Source: the human T2T-CHM13v2.0 reference genome, Homo sapiens. From it: DNA of 64,000 nt. The stretch is taken from the NCBI RefSeq assembly GCF_009914755.1, contig NC_060940.1. One strand, 5' to 3'. The notes beneath the pieces were generated by a model that had not been told where the DNA came from, did no database searches, and worked only from the letters and a program-made list of their open reading frames with translations. A program made the position numbers and the translations under genes. This document shows positions 25,857 through 39,171 of the stretch, piece by piece (position 1 is the stretch's first letter; the number at the start of each line of letters is the position of its first letter).

Positions 25857-26508
25857 AGCCAGGCACGGTAGCGCACAGCTGTAATCCCAGCACTTTGGGA
25901 GGCCAAGGCGGGCAGATCGCTTGAAGCCAGGACTTCGAGATCAGCCTGGCCAATGTGGCAAAACCCTGTCTCTACTAAAAATACAAAAATTATCTGGGCG
26001 TGGTGGCACACACCTGTAATCCCAGCTACTTGGGAGGCTGAGGCAGAAGAATGGCTTTGTAGTTGTTTTTTTGTTTGTTTGTTTGTTTGTTTGTTTTTGA
26101 GATGAACTCTCCCTCTGTCACCCAGGCTGGAGTACAGTGGCATGACCTTGGCTCACTGCAATCTCCACCTCCTGGGTTCAAGCAATCCTCCCTGCCTCAG
26201 CCTCCCAAGTAGCTGGGATTCCAGGCGCCCGCCACCATGCCCGGCTAATTTTTGCATTTGCAGTAGAGAAGGGGTTTCGCCATGTTGGCCAGGCTGGTCT
26301 CGAACTCCTGACCTCAGGTGATCTGCCTGCCTTGGCCTCCCAAAGTGCTGGGATTAATGGCGTGAGCCACCGTGCCCAGCCAGGAGAATTGCTTTGAACC
26401 CAGGAGACAGAGGTTGCAGTGAGCTGAGATCGTCCCACTGCACTCCAGCCTGGGCAACAGAGTGAGACTCTGTCTCAAAAAAAAAAAAAAAAAAAAAAAA
26501 AAGAAGAA
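25857..26508 (+). mobile_element. AluS (+), split by an inner antisense Alu
   Basis: 5' part 25857-26059, 3' part 26382-26508 with A tail; TSD GAAAGTTC at 25849-25856 and 26509-26516. Confidence 0.9.
26060..26381 (-). mobile_element. AluSx-like (-) inserted in the right arm of the outer Alu
   Basis: (TTTG)n tail, full dimer; TSD AGAAGAATGGCTTTG (26045) / AGGAGAATTGCTTTG (26382). Confidence 0.9.
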
Positions 26509-26559
26509 GAAAGTTCTATCAGAGAGCAGTATTCTACAAGTTTACTCACACAGATTCTC

Positions 26560-26874
26560 TTTTTAAATTAAATTTAATTAATTTGTTTTGAGAGACAGGA
26601 TCTCATTCTGTTCCCCAGGCTGGAGTGCAGTAGTGAGATCATAGTTCACTGCAGCCTCAACCTCCTGGCCTCAAGCAATCCTCCCACCTCAGCCTCCCCA
26701 GTAGCTAGGACTACAGGTATGCACCGCCACACCTGGCAGATTTTTGTATTTTTTTGTAGAGATGGGGTTTCGCCATGTTGCCTAGACTGGTCTCAAACTC
26801 TTGGGCTCAAGTGTTCTGCCTGCCTTGGCCTCCCAAAGTGCTGGGATTACAGGCATGATCCACTGCGCCTGGCT
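26560..26874 (-). mobile_element. AluJ
   Basis: GATCATAGTTCACTGCAGCCTCAACCTCC; GGGCTCAAG left-arm signature. Confidence 0.9.
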
Positions 26875-28858
26875 GGATTCTTCAATAACTAAAAGATGGG
26901 CCAGCCTCAGCCATTACTGGTCTCAGGTTAGATCTTTTTGCATTCGCTCTGTAGGAGAATGAGCTGGGAATCTGATTTGAACTTTGATCTTCTCTGCTGC
27001 TGTGTGACTTGGGTTCAGGTGCTTAACCTTTCTTACGGGTAGAGATCGGCCCTCAGGGTATTCAGAAGGGTGTCCTGCTTCTTGTGGAATGGTAGAGAGG
27101 AGAGTGGAAAATGGAACATAAAATACCAAAATGACTGGTGCACTGAAGAAGCGATTCCTCGGAACCTGACCCTGGACTGTTTCAGGGAGGTGTATCCCAT
27201 CTGCAAAAATCAGTGTGCAGGCATCGGCGTTTTTCTCTCTCTCTTTCTCTCCCAGGCCTGAGGTTTGGTTGTTTTTTTTTTTTTTTTTTTTTTTTCACTT
27301 TCTCATCTCTCAGCAGAGTAGGGCTGGACAAGAGGGCCCAGAAGGTTCTTTGCAGCTGGCTCCTGCTCTCTGGGACCCCATGTGCTGTGCCTGGGTTTGC
27401 CAGCACCCAGCTGCGCAGGGCAGTTCGGGTGGGCTGCCCACGAGAGCCGGTCCCTGTGCCTTGGTGCACCCTGTCTGTGGGCATCAGCTTTCAGGAGAAT
27501 GCCCAGCCCCATCCCAGAGCCGCGTGTCTGGCCCTCCATGCTTGGTATCCTGCCTCCAAACGATGCATATTAGAAACCAACTTTGATCTTTCAGAGATTG
27601 CCAGTGTACTTTAAAACGAATGTGCTTAAGAAAGCACCAGCACTCCAAATAGCTGAGCAGGAACTTCTAATCCGTAGTGCCCGGACCCCGGGCTCCCTCA
27701 GCCACCAAGGAGCATTGCAGCAAAGGCAAGGGAAGACGCCTTCTGGGCAGGCAGGCCAAGAGGGGCTCCAGGCCACGTGGGCCTCCCAAGTAGGCATGGG
27801 GCAAGGGTTTGCATCCCGCAACCATTGAGTGCTGGGAGGGCTGGCTTGGCTGCTCGGATCTTGGCTGTCACCTCTTCCAAAAGTTCTGTCCAGATGGGCT
27901 TTGTGGTGCGGCCCCCTCGTCCGTTCTGCAGCCTCTGGATGAGGACATGGCCCCTTGTTTGCTGGAGCAGGGACCTGTGGTCTGTGATCAATGACAAAGC
28001 CCACAGGCGGTGATTGGAGCATCGGGGCAGTGGTTGGCACAAGAAACTGCCAAGCCACAGGCCCTGCTCCATACCCTCCTCTCTCCTACTCCCCCTCAAT
28101 TATTTTTCTTGGATGTTGTGAATTAAATCTTCCAGTAACCGCAGGAGACGTCTTCGGGTAAGGCCCACTCACATCTTCGTGCGCCGATAGAAGTTGTTAA
28201 ATGAATAATGTTGACTTACACTGGGGACCCAATTCTCTCTGAATAAAATTCCCCCTTTGAGTTACCCGGCGCTTCCTGGAGAAACCATAAAAATAATAAA
28301 CACATCTCGATATCAGAGGTTGGTGATGCTGCTTCAGGTTCTTTTGGAGAGAGAGGCGGGGGAGAAGAAATAAATTACAATTAATTTTTAAAAGACGATC
28401 ACGCCACAGGTCAGATGACGAGGTGAGCTGGTGTCATGGGGTGGTTCCCCAGGGCTGAGCGGCAGACACCCCCTTAGAGCTGGGACAGGGGCTACCTGTG
28501 GACAATACTGATTCCTGGGCTCCGCCCTGGACCTGCCCCCAATCTGGAATGTGGGTGAGGGAGGTGGGGGTGGTGACACGGGACCAGCTGGTTCTTGTGC
28601 AGAGTGAAGTTTGGGGATCGTGAGTCAACGGAAGTGGCAGTGGGGTGCATCTTGGGATCTGGCTTCCTGGCCGCGTGCTTCCCTGGCCACCTGTGATCAC
28701 AAGCCTCTTGCATCTCACCTCTGTGGCCTTCTCTGGACCTGAAGAATTGCCAGAAATGGGCTGAGGCAGTTGGAGGAGATGGAAGAGACATTTATCACAG
28801 GCCCTACCCTCTCTTCCTTTCTCTTTCTCCTTCTCTCCCTCTTAAGATCCCTGAACCT

Positions 28859-28988
28859 GGCTGGACACGGTGGTGTGCGTGTCGCCCCAGCTACTTGAGA
28901 AGCTGAGGCAGGAGGATTACTTGAGCCCAGGAGTTAGAGGCTGCAGTGAGCTATGATCGTACCACTGCCAGCCTGGGCAACAGAGACT
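28859..28988 (+). mobile_element. Alu monomer (FRAM / AluJ right arm)
   Basis: GAGGCAGGAGGATTACTTGAGCCCAGGAGTTAGAGGCTGCAGTGAGCTATGATCG. Confidence 0.85.
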
Positions 28989-29665
28989 TGCCACCTGGAA
29001 GACAGATGAGGCTGTCACCCCAGTCATGGGCAAGGCTCTGAGACTTTTCCTCTCTAAAATGGGAGGGCGGCAGCTGTCCTCCCTGTGACGGGGACCTGGC
29101 AAGGTCCCTCCTGTGTGAGCCCCTTGAAGCCGTGCCTGGCTACCCCTCTGGGTCTCTGTGGCCTCCGAGGGCGGCTGCGGGTATTCTCTATGCATTGCAG
29201 CCAGAGAGACACGGGGTCCTTCCTCTTCCAGGCCCGCTCCATCCACGTGGCTTCTTTGAGCTGAGCCTGCTTTTAAGGTGCCACCTTGGGTTATTCACGG
29301 GAACACTCACAGGTGGGGTCTGAGCGGTGTGGGGACTTTCCCAAGGTCACAAAGCAGTTTGCTGGCTGAGCCAGGAATAGAACTCCTGAGCCGGGCTGTG
29401 ATCACCCTGTGCCCAAATGGCCAGGCAGGAGGGGGCTGGGCCTCCTCGATGCTTCCATGTGGGCCAAGGGGAGGGGCTGGGAAGATGTCACCCAGGCCTG
29501 ATGGGGAAGGCCAGGCTGAGGGCTCTCTCGAGGACCACTGTCTTTCGTGGGAGAGGAGAGTGTCTGAACTCCGGGTGAGAGGCTAGTGTTGAGAGGCAGT
29601 GGCTGGCTGTGGCTAAGAAGGCTGTGGTGTGTGTGTCTTAAGATCATTTGGGAGCCTTGTTAAAA

Positions 29666-29718
29666 AACACACACACACACACACACCCCAAACACACACA
29701 CACACACACACACACCCC
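29666..29718. repeat. Compound (CA)n microsatellite
   Basis: Two (AC)n runs, each ending in CCCC. Confidence 0.9.
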
Positions 29719-32607
29719 AAAAACCCAGCATTTGTTTTCCTGGTGGCTCTTTGCAAAACACTCCAGCTATGAAGAGGGGAGGGGCTGGCGTAGCATCGCA
29801 GATGTAGGGACTCTGAAGGCTGATGAAATAAACCCATCCTTGTCAACTGGGGAAAGGCACTCAGCAATCCAGGACAAGACGGCATGGTGCGGATCCTGCA
29901 GGAGGTTCCCGCATCCTTTTTTGGCTGGGTTTATTTTGGGGACAGGAGGGCTGTTTGGCGCTGATGAGGGTTTGTGTCCTCCTAGGGGCTTCTTGATTTC
30001 ATTTAGCTCAGTCTCCTCTCCAACGGCTCAGCTCAGTGAGCGCCTGGAAGAAAGTGAGAATGCCAAAGCAACCCCTCGGTGGGAGGAGGGAAGGTCGGCT
30101 TCCACCAGTGGGGGGGTTAGAGCTGCCATCCAGGAGGACTCCCTGGAGGAGGCAGAATTTTAAGCCAGGGCTTGAAGGAAGAGGTCAGGGTTTGAATAAA
30201 GGAGATGGGGCTCTGCTGGGGGAGGATACAGCAGGCCCAGGGAAGGGTGGTGGGGCTGGGCGAGTCTAGAGAGACTGTGAGACGCTTCCAGACGCCCCTA
30301 GTGCAGTCGTGAGGGCCAGGAGGGAGTCTCAGAGGGGAAATAGACCCCAGAGGCAGGCTGAGGGAGAGGTGCCGTGTGAGGGGTGGGAGGGGAGCAGCCC
30401 CAGGAGAGGAGGCAGCAGGGGTGGGGCAGCCATGGGTGTCTGCCAGGCCCACGGCAGTCAGGGAACGTGGGAGCAACTTTACTGGCACTGGGAGGGATTG
30501 CAGGGGCCAGGCTGGTGGGGAGGAGGCCTTTCAGAATGGGAGCTCAAAGACAGGCCAGAGGAAGGCCAGGCGGGAAGAGGCTCTCTGGCAAGAGGCAGAG
30601 CTGAGGCAATCAGGTAGAAATCAAGGTGGGGGGGTGACCTGGGGACCCACTGCCTCCACGCTCACCTTCAGCGCGGGGCCGGCAGACACCCAGAAGGGCC
30701 ACAGGCGGCTGACTAAAAATCTCCACACCAGGAACTTCGAGCGATGAAAACAACTTTGTCCATCTAACCTTTCCTTTTTGATTATTTTAATTTTTGTGAG
30801 ACCAAATTTTAAGGACATAAACACAACAAGAGCCGCAGCAGAGGGTTCCTTGCAGCCGACGTGAGCTAGGGAGCTGAGGCCCAGGTCTTGACCCCGCGTC
30901 CCCAGGGCCCGCCTATCCTGTGGTGGGTGAGGGCAGAGCTGCCCTGGACACCAGGGTCTCCTCTGTCTGCGTGCATCGCTTGTCGAGCCCGCGAGTGATA
31001 AAGGCAACTGGGACTTGATTGTCCGAGTGACAGTTGTGATCTTAATGACCGGCAGTAGGTTATTAATCAAGACATTTGTCAGGAGCACTGGGAGGCGGCG
31101 GGGAGGGAGAGGGAGAAGACGGGCCTGGAGGAAGAGAGAGTGCAGTTCTAGAAGAAGCTCCTCCGTGGTTCAGATCCCAGCCCCACCGTCCAGGGAAGTT
31201 GGCCTCTCCTAGGTTTGCAGCAAGGATGAAGGCAGAAGGCCGGGCACAGTAGGCACTTAACGAATGCTGATTCTGAGCAGCCAGGACTGCTGCCAGGGCC
31301 GGGTTAGCAGCACACAGCGCCCAGGGGGTTGCCTGGAGGCCGAGGCGGGGGCCAGGCAGGGAGGAGGCGGGGCGGGAGCAGCGTGTGGACTGATTCACAG
31401 GCCTGCGTGTCCCCAGCCAGTGCTACTTGATACGGAAAAGAACTTCGAAGGCTTTTAACATGTGGTAGAAAATCAGGGAACAGGGACCCAGAAATAAAAG
31501 TTTCTAAGGATCCCTGGGAGGCTTCTTGGGGGCTAATGGAGACCCTTGGGCCCTGGCCGCCCTGGGGTTCTAGAACCGCTCCTGGTCTGCCGGTGTGAGC
31601 GAGCTCCCCTGACCTTGCCGGATCCCTGCCCGACCCACATCTGTCTTGGGCCTAGGGTGACCCGCTGCTCCAGAACCCGGCCTCCTGGGTGCTCTCTGGG
31701 CATGTAGCCTATCTCTGGGTGGTGGCCTTGGTGGGGGCCTGAGGTGTAGGTGTCCTCTGAGCCAGTGGATGGACCACGAAGCCAGAGGAAAGCCCCTCAC
31801 CCAGCCTGAGGACAGCCGGTTGATCTTTATGAAGGAAGACAGTTCCTCCCGGGCTTTTGAGTGAATCACCCAAATTTCCGGTCCACTGGTGTCCAGGCTC
31901 AGCAGGTGGAAGTGTACTCACTGCTGCCAGCGATGTACCCGGTTACAGGGGCTGCCCTTGCCCTCCCCCGCAGGGGCCCACACACTGGTCTCAGGTCAGG
32001 GGTCTGGGACCGGAGCGGGGCGCTCCGTGGGCAGCTGGTGACCTCTGCAGGCCTTGCTTCCCTGTGCCCCTGCCTGGGCTGCCATCCCATCCCCTCCAGG
32101 CCTGCCAGGGTCACAGCTGGCCGCTTTCCAGCCGAGTGGCCAGGTGGCAGGAGCTGCCTTGCAGCCCTGCTTGGAGACAGGTGTGTTCATTTCAGTGTCA
32201 CGACCTCCAGCTGCTCAGAGCTCACGAGGCAGCAAGACCCGCCTTTCCCCTGCATGGGAGAATTGTCAGTGAGGACAAAAATAGGTCTGCAGCTTTGAGG
32301 GAGCTCAGCTGGGGGAGGGGACATTGTGAACCCCTCCATCTCAGAGCTTGGGTCCACAGAGAGGGCACCGTGTCCGTGGAAGGGGGAGAGACGCCGAGTG
32401 GGGAAAGTTCCCTGGGAGGAAAATGTGCTGGGTCATGACTGGCTTCGCTCGTGACTCTGCTCAGCCCCCAGTGCCCGAGGGTCATCCGCACAGCCCGAAA
32501 GGGAGTTTCCAGGGGATGCTTCTCTTCTTGAGGCTTCTCTGGAAACTACAGGCCCTGCCCTGCATCTGGCCTCTCCCAGGGACAGGCAGAGGCCTTCAGA
32601 TTGGATT

Positions 32608-32910
32608 TTTTTGTTTTGTTTTGAGACAGGGTCTCACTGTGTCGCCCAGGCTGTGGTGCAGTGGTGCGGTCATGGCTCACTGCAGCCTCAACCTCTCAGG
32701 CTCAAGCCAGTCCTCCCACCTCAGCCTCCTGAGTAACTGGGACCACAGACATGTACCCCCAAGCCTGGTTATTTTTTTATTATTATTTTTTGTAGAGATG
32801 GAGTTTCACTATATTGCCTGAGCTGGTCTCCAACTCCAGGGCTCAAGCGATCCTCCCTCCTTGGCCTCCCAAAATGCTGAGATTACAGGTGTGAGCCACT
32901 GGGCCCAGCC
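32608..32910 (-). mobile_element. AluJ
   Basis: Full dimer, perfect TSD CAGATTGGATT at 32597 and 32911. Confidence 0.93.
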
Positions 32911-32922
32911 CAGATTGGATTG

Positions 32923-33725
32923 TTTTTAATTGAGGTGAAATTCATGTAACATACAATTAGCCGTTTTAAAGGGTACAGTTCAGCGGCATTTAGTACATTC
33001 CTAATATGCAGCCCTCGTCTCTGTCCTGGTCCAAATCATTTTCTTTTTTTCTTTTTAATTATAAAGAAAAGCGGTATAATTGGTTCATGGTTCTGCAGGC
33101 CCTGCAGGAAGCATGGTGCTCACATCTGCTCAGCTTCGGGGGAGGCCCCAGGAAATTTACAATCATGAGGGAAGGCAAAGAGGGAGCCAGCATATCACGT
33201 GGCAAAGGCAGGGGCAAGACAGAGGGACCAAAAGGACCACCCCAAAAGGAAACTCAGATCCATTAGCAGCCACTCCCCTCTCCCCTCCCCTAGCCCTAAG
33301 CAACTACTCCTCTGCTTTTTGTCTCTGGATTTGCCTGTTCCGGGCATTTCATACAAATGGAATCCCCCTTGTTTGTCTGGCTTCTTCCATCCAGCATCGT
33401 GTCTTCAAGGTTCATCTGTGTTGTAGCGTGGATTAGCACCTCAGTCCTTTTTATGGCTGAGTAATAGTCCACTCACTGTATGGATAAACCATGTTTTCTT
33501 CATCTATCCATCATCTGATGGACATGTAGGTTTTCACTTTTTGGCTATGATGAGCCATGCTGATAGGAACATCCGTACAAGGTTTTGCGTGGACGCGAAG
33601 GTATGTTTCATGCCTCACTGTGTATCAGGCCCCATTCCTTTCTGTGGCTGAATAATATTCCATTGTACACAGAGACCACATTTTGTTTATCTCTTCCCCC
33701 CGTTGATGGTCACATGGGCTGATTT
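32923..33725 (-). mobile_element. L1MB-type 3' region interrupted by an MST LTR fragment
   Basis: TTTTTAATTGAGGTGAAATTCATGTAACATACAATT.. resumes ~33237 (CCCCAAAAGGAAACTC..CATTTCATACAAATGGAATC..). Confidence 0.8.
33052..33228 (-). mobile_element. MST (MaLR) LTR fragment
   Basis: TAAAGAAAAG..AATTGGTTCATGGTTCTGCAGGC..GGAAGCATGGTGC..TTACAATCATG..GAAGGCAAAG. Confidence 0.75.
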
Positions 33726-33749
33726 GATAATTTTTAAAGATGCACCTTC

Positions 33750-34331
<582 letters not shown>

Positions 34332-37300
34332 TGCTATCAGTATCTTCACACTTACAGAAGCCAGGGACTTGGGTGGCCGGCTGGGCCCCACCCGCTGTCC
34401 TGCTCCCCTTGCCTAGTGACCAGCCAGGGGCCGGCAGGGGCTGGGCTCACGCAAGTTGCTGGTGTGATTCTTGGAGTGTGTGTGACATTCCAAGGCCTCT
34501 CCTAATGTCGGAGGAGAAAAGAGTTCCGCTGCTCTCACTCTAGGCCCAATGTCCCAGGGCAGAAGTGGTCTAAGTGACCGACCTCCCTGCCCATCTGGTC
34601 TGGCGCCGAGAAGTGCTTCCTCGTAAAACTTTATTTGTCTGTGCTGCCACCTTTCCACTTCCTCCGCACAGCAAATGTAAGGGAATGCTTCTGAGCTCCA
34701 GCTTCGTCCCAGGCACTGGGCATGGCTCTCTCTATTGTCTTGTCTGGTCCTCACCAAAGTGGGGGCAGGGGGACACGTTCCTTGCAGGGCAGCAGCTAAG
34801 GAAACGGGTGTGCAGTGGGTGGAGATTTGCCCAGTCCGGCAGCTTGACTGCCATGTCCATCCTCCCCCTGCACCCCCGGGGGGGCCACCGGCTGTGCTCT
34901 CCAAAGCCACATTTTAACGTTTGCTGTCTGGGTGGTCATTGAATGGGGTTAACACGTCTGGCCCCAGGGTGTTTTTAGAGGTAAGTGGTAGAGAGGGTGC
35001 TGCCCGTAGCGAGCCGGATAAACTGAAGACCGCATTGTAGGTGATCAGAAGCCTCAAACAGCAGGCTGGGCTCATGGGCGGCCCAGGAGCTGAGACTGCC
35101 TTGCTTGGACTGGAGATAGTTTCCTGATGGGAAGAAAAGTTGCAAGGAGGAGACCCTGCTCCCCTCTGATTGCTGCCAGTGAACTGGACCTGTTTCTGCC
35201 GTGGTTTCTGTTGAGTTGACATCATTGAAAGCTACCCATGTGCCCATCGGGCTTGGCCGCCAGCCCCTGCCCTCCTTCTCACCTCCACCACAGAAGTTTC
35301 GGCTCCTGCCCTTGAAGTCTGCCGTGGCACAGCCCACTCCAGCAGGCCTGCCAGGTAGACGGGGTTCTCAGCGCCCTGGGATTTTATAAAAGCCTGCTAA
35401 AATCAGACCACTCCGGAACACATGCTCTCCCGGCTTTACATCACCCATGTTGACAGTAGGAAAATTTGGCCAGGTTTCTCTCAAATATGAAAAATGGGAA
35501 CTAGGCATGTGAGGAAATGAAAACCTGGCATCCCCACCCCAGACAGCAGGAGCGCTGGGAAGGCAGGGCGGACTTCTCCGAGCTCCACAACCTCATCCGT
35601 GCAGTGTAGTGATGCCAGCCTGCAGGGCCCTGAACGCGGACCTGGTCAGGTGCCCTCACACAGCTGCACTGTCTGGATGTGCAGGGGATGGAACGGAGGG
35701 CTTCAGGCCACCAGAGGCGGCTCCTGGCAGAACGTCTCCTTGCCAGGAAGGGGCCACTTTGCCACTGAGTCTGCCCGTCACTGGGTCCTGGAGCTTCTGG
35801 GTGACCCGGGAGAGGGACAGGTTGTGGACAGCAGTTGAGCCAGGCCCACCACCAGGGTGCAGGACCCAGCCTGGATGCCCTGGGATCCCTGTGGCTTGCC
35901 TGTGGCAGCCCAAGTGGACGCAAGCTCTTCCCAGGATTTCAGACACCTGGGACACTTAGACTTGGCCAGGGCCGTCTGGCTAGCAGGGGCCAACTTGTCT
36001 CCCAGACAGTAACAGGGCAAGGGGTATGTGTGGGGGGTGCTCACTGGTGGCAGAAGCGTCCAAAACTCCCAGGATTCTCTGCCCCCCATCAAGGGTCCGA
36101 GCGCTGCTCCCCCAGCCCCCTTCCCCTGCCTCGGCCTGGCCCCGCCATATAAAGTTTAAAGGTTTTAAATGCAAATATTTCTTTTATAGATGCCAGCTGT
36201 CTCCAGAGAGTGCGTTTCCTTGCTGTTCAACTTTACTGTCCAATTAGCTTCCCATATCTGGATACTGGAGAGCCTGGGGTGGGGGGGGCGGGAGGGAGGA
36301 GGGGGAGGGGAGCTGCAGGAGGGAGGAGAGCCATGGCTCCTGGGCCAGCTCTGGAGCTGGAAGCTGCCCTCTGGGACCTGTATCTGGGTTGGGGTCAGGG
36401 AGCCCAGGTCATAGAGTGGGTGCCTCTCCAGAGGTGGGGGTCACCCGTTTCAGGTTTCCCCGCTCCAGTAGGAGAGGCAGGAGCTGGGGGGCGGTTGGTA
36501 GCAGGGGTATTCTTTTCTGATTTAGAAAAATAAAAGCCAGCAGCCCCGACGCACACGGCTTCCTTTTACTCCCTCTCCCGCCCGCTTTCCAGCCGCGGTG
36601 GCGGCGTCCCCATTCACCAGGGCTCGGCGGCGCTCACAAAGCGAGGCAATTAGAATTGAAAATCTATGCAAAACAGCTGTTAACTGATTGTAAAGGAGTG
36701 CAGCTGTGTGCGGGGTGCGGATTGGAACCAGGCGCTGAGAGGGCAGGAAGTGTGGGGCAGCCCGGGGTTAAGAGGAAAACTCCTCAAAGGGAGTTAGCCG
36801 GGCCTTAACCCTTTCCTGTTCCCCTAGAGGTGACCTGGGCTACTGAGGGCCACCTGAGCTGCTGGGGTGGGGCTCCCCCAGCATCCCTGGCGAATCTGGT
36901 TCCTCCCCAAGAGGGGGCAGGCAGGGAGAGGCGGGCGCTGCTTTCCCCTCTCTCCCTCCAGCCTTTATCCAATCAGCAGATCTGGGTTAAATCTTAAATC
37001 CTGCCCAGGGTCTGGGGACTGTGTCCCTGCTAGGAGACAGGGGCCTTCTTCCCTTGAGGCCCCCACTGCCACTCTGGAGCAGGGAGTCTGGGACTCCAGC
37101 AGACACGCTGTGGCCCGGCCTGCAGGGTGGCTGGTGGAGGATGCTTCTTCTCAGGCACTGCTTGGAGACCTTGGCTCCGTAAGGGGAGGGGCCTGGGGAT
37201 CTGTATTCCTCCCCCCCATGATTTCAGACCCACTGCACTGTGTGATTGCTATCTAAGAGTGGGACGCAACCTGGAGAGATGAATTCCAGAGGCAGGGATG

Positions 37301-38472
37301 GGAAAAGCCTTCTTGCAAGAGATAAGATGTAAGCCGGGCTTTGAAGAATGGGGAGGATTTCTGGGCCAGTGATAGCAGGGCAGGAAACAGAAAGAGGAGG
37401 GTGGAATCTAAGTGGTGGGGGCTTGCACCTTCACCGATGCGTAGGGCAGGGCTGGGGGCTGAGGGCAGATGGGGTAGCTGGGCAGCCTTCCACCCCTCAG
37501 CTCTTCGTGCCCCCCGGATTCAGTGCACTCTGTGGACTTAGCCCCCCGCCCCTTGCCCCTGCACCGGGGCTGGTAGCCTTGGGGAGGGTGGACTGTGCAT
37601 ACAGGGGAGCTGGGTGAATCCCAGGGTGCTCAGCTCTAGGCAGCTAACGGCTCCCTCCCCCGGCCCCCAACCAAAATGGTTTTCAGGCACTGGACAGCTG
37701 CCCAGAGGTAAGAGCGTAGACCTGAAACCGCTTGAGACCTGTCGTACCCCTGCAGGTGTATCTTTCTTAATAATCAGAGTGACCATGGCAGGTGGTTACC
37801 GAGAAGTGCTGCCAGGTGTAAGAGCCACGTCTGGATGAGACTCGTGCTGGAATGTGTGTGCCTGAGGCAGGCCAATTAACCTTCTCAGGTCTCCCCACTC
37901 GGGCTGTGTAATGGAGGTCACTGCCTGCCTTGCAGGGCCGGGAGGGCTTCCAGTGACATGCGCTGAGCAGCGCTGGCTCTTGTTAGGTGCTTGGTGAATG
38001 GCACAGGTGATCTTTACCTCCTGGCCCACGGACATCCAGGTCCCTGATACTTATTGGCGGATCCAGGCGCTGAACAAGGTGCCCAGGCAACATAATGAAG
38101 GTGACATGCAGTTCCTACGTGCTAGGAGCAACTGGCCAGGATGGAGAAGGACCTTGGGTTAGGCTGTGTGCTGTCCTGCTGAGCCCTAGAAGAAGCAAGA
38201 ACCAGAAAGAACGTGTCCGGGATCCATCCTCCGCCAGGGCTAGGCCGTGTGCTCAGACTTAGTGAGGTTGTGACAGTCACGGGTGGCGCCCGCACCCCTG
38301 AGCACCTGACGTGGCCCAGGTTGATGCCCAGGCAGTGGTGGTGGTGGTCTGTGCTGTCATCCTGCCCCCTTGCCTTCCAAATTTCCTTGCTGCCTTGAAG
38401 TGTCCCCTCTGTCAGCATCTGCCCTCTGCTGTCTGTCCCTTGCCGCCCCCACCTTTAAAAACAACCAAAAAA

Positions 38473-38615
38473 AGACAAGGTCTTGCTCTGTGGCTCAAGC
38501 TGGAGTGCAGTGGCACAATCATACCTCAGCCTCAGACTCCTGGGCCCAAATGATCCTCCTGCCTCAGTCTCGCGAGTAGCTGGGACCACAGGCTTGTGCC
38601 ATCACACCCAGCTAA
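38473..38615 (-). mobile_element. Alu right-arm fragment (J/FRAM)
   Basis: GGTCTTGCTCTGT..GCTGGAGTGCAGTGGCACAATCATA..GTAGCTGGGACCACAGG. Confidence 0.8.
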
Positions 38616-38855
38616 CCCTGGCCTCTCTGAGGTGCTTGCTGAAGGCTTACTGGAATTTTCAGTTTTGTTTCTGGAAAACCAAGTGTGAAACACAGCCCAG
38701 GGTTTAGTGTGTTTGTTGAGTGAAAAACCGCCCACCCTCTGTGGTTCAAGGCGTCCCTTTCTTTCTGGTGGATCCTCCTAGGACTCCCGTCTCCAGACAC
38801 CCCTCTTAGTTCCTGAGCTCAGGGAGTAGGTTTAAGGTGTCTCATGTTCATCTGA

Positions 38856-39171
<316 letters not shown>

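Larger units (their letters stand above)
25678..26533 (-). mobile_element. MER3 interrupted by a nested Alu pair
   Basis: MER3 body 25678-25856 resumes at 26509 (GAAAGTTCTATCAGAGAGCAGT). Confidence 0.7.
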
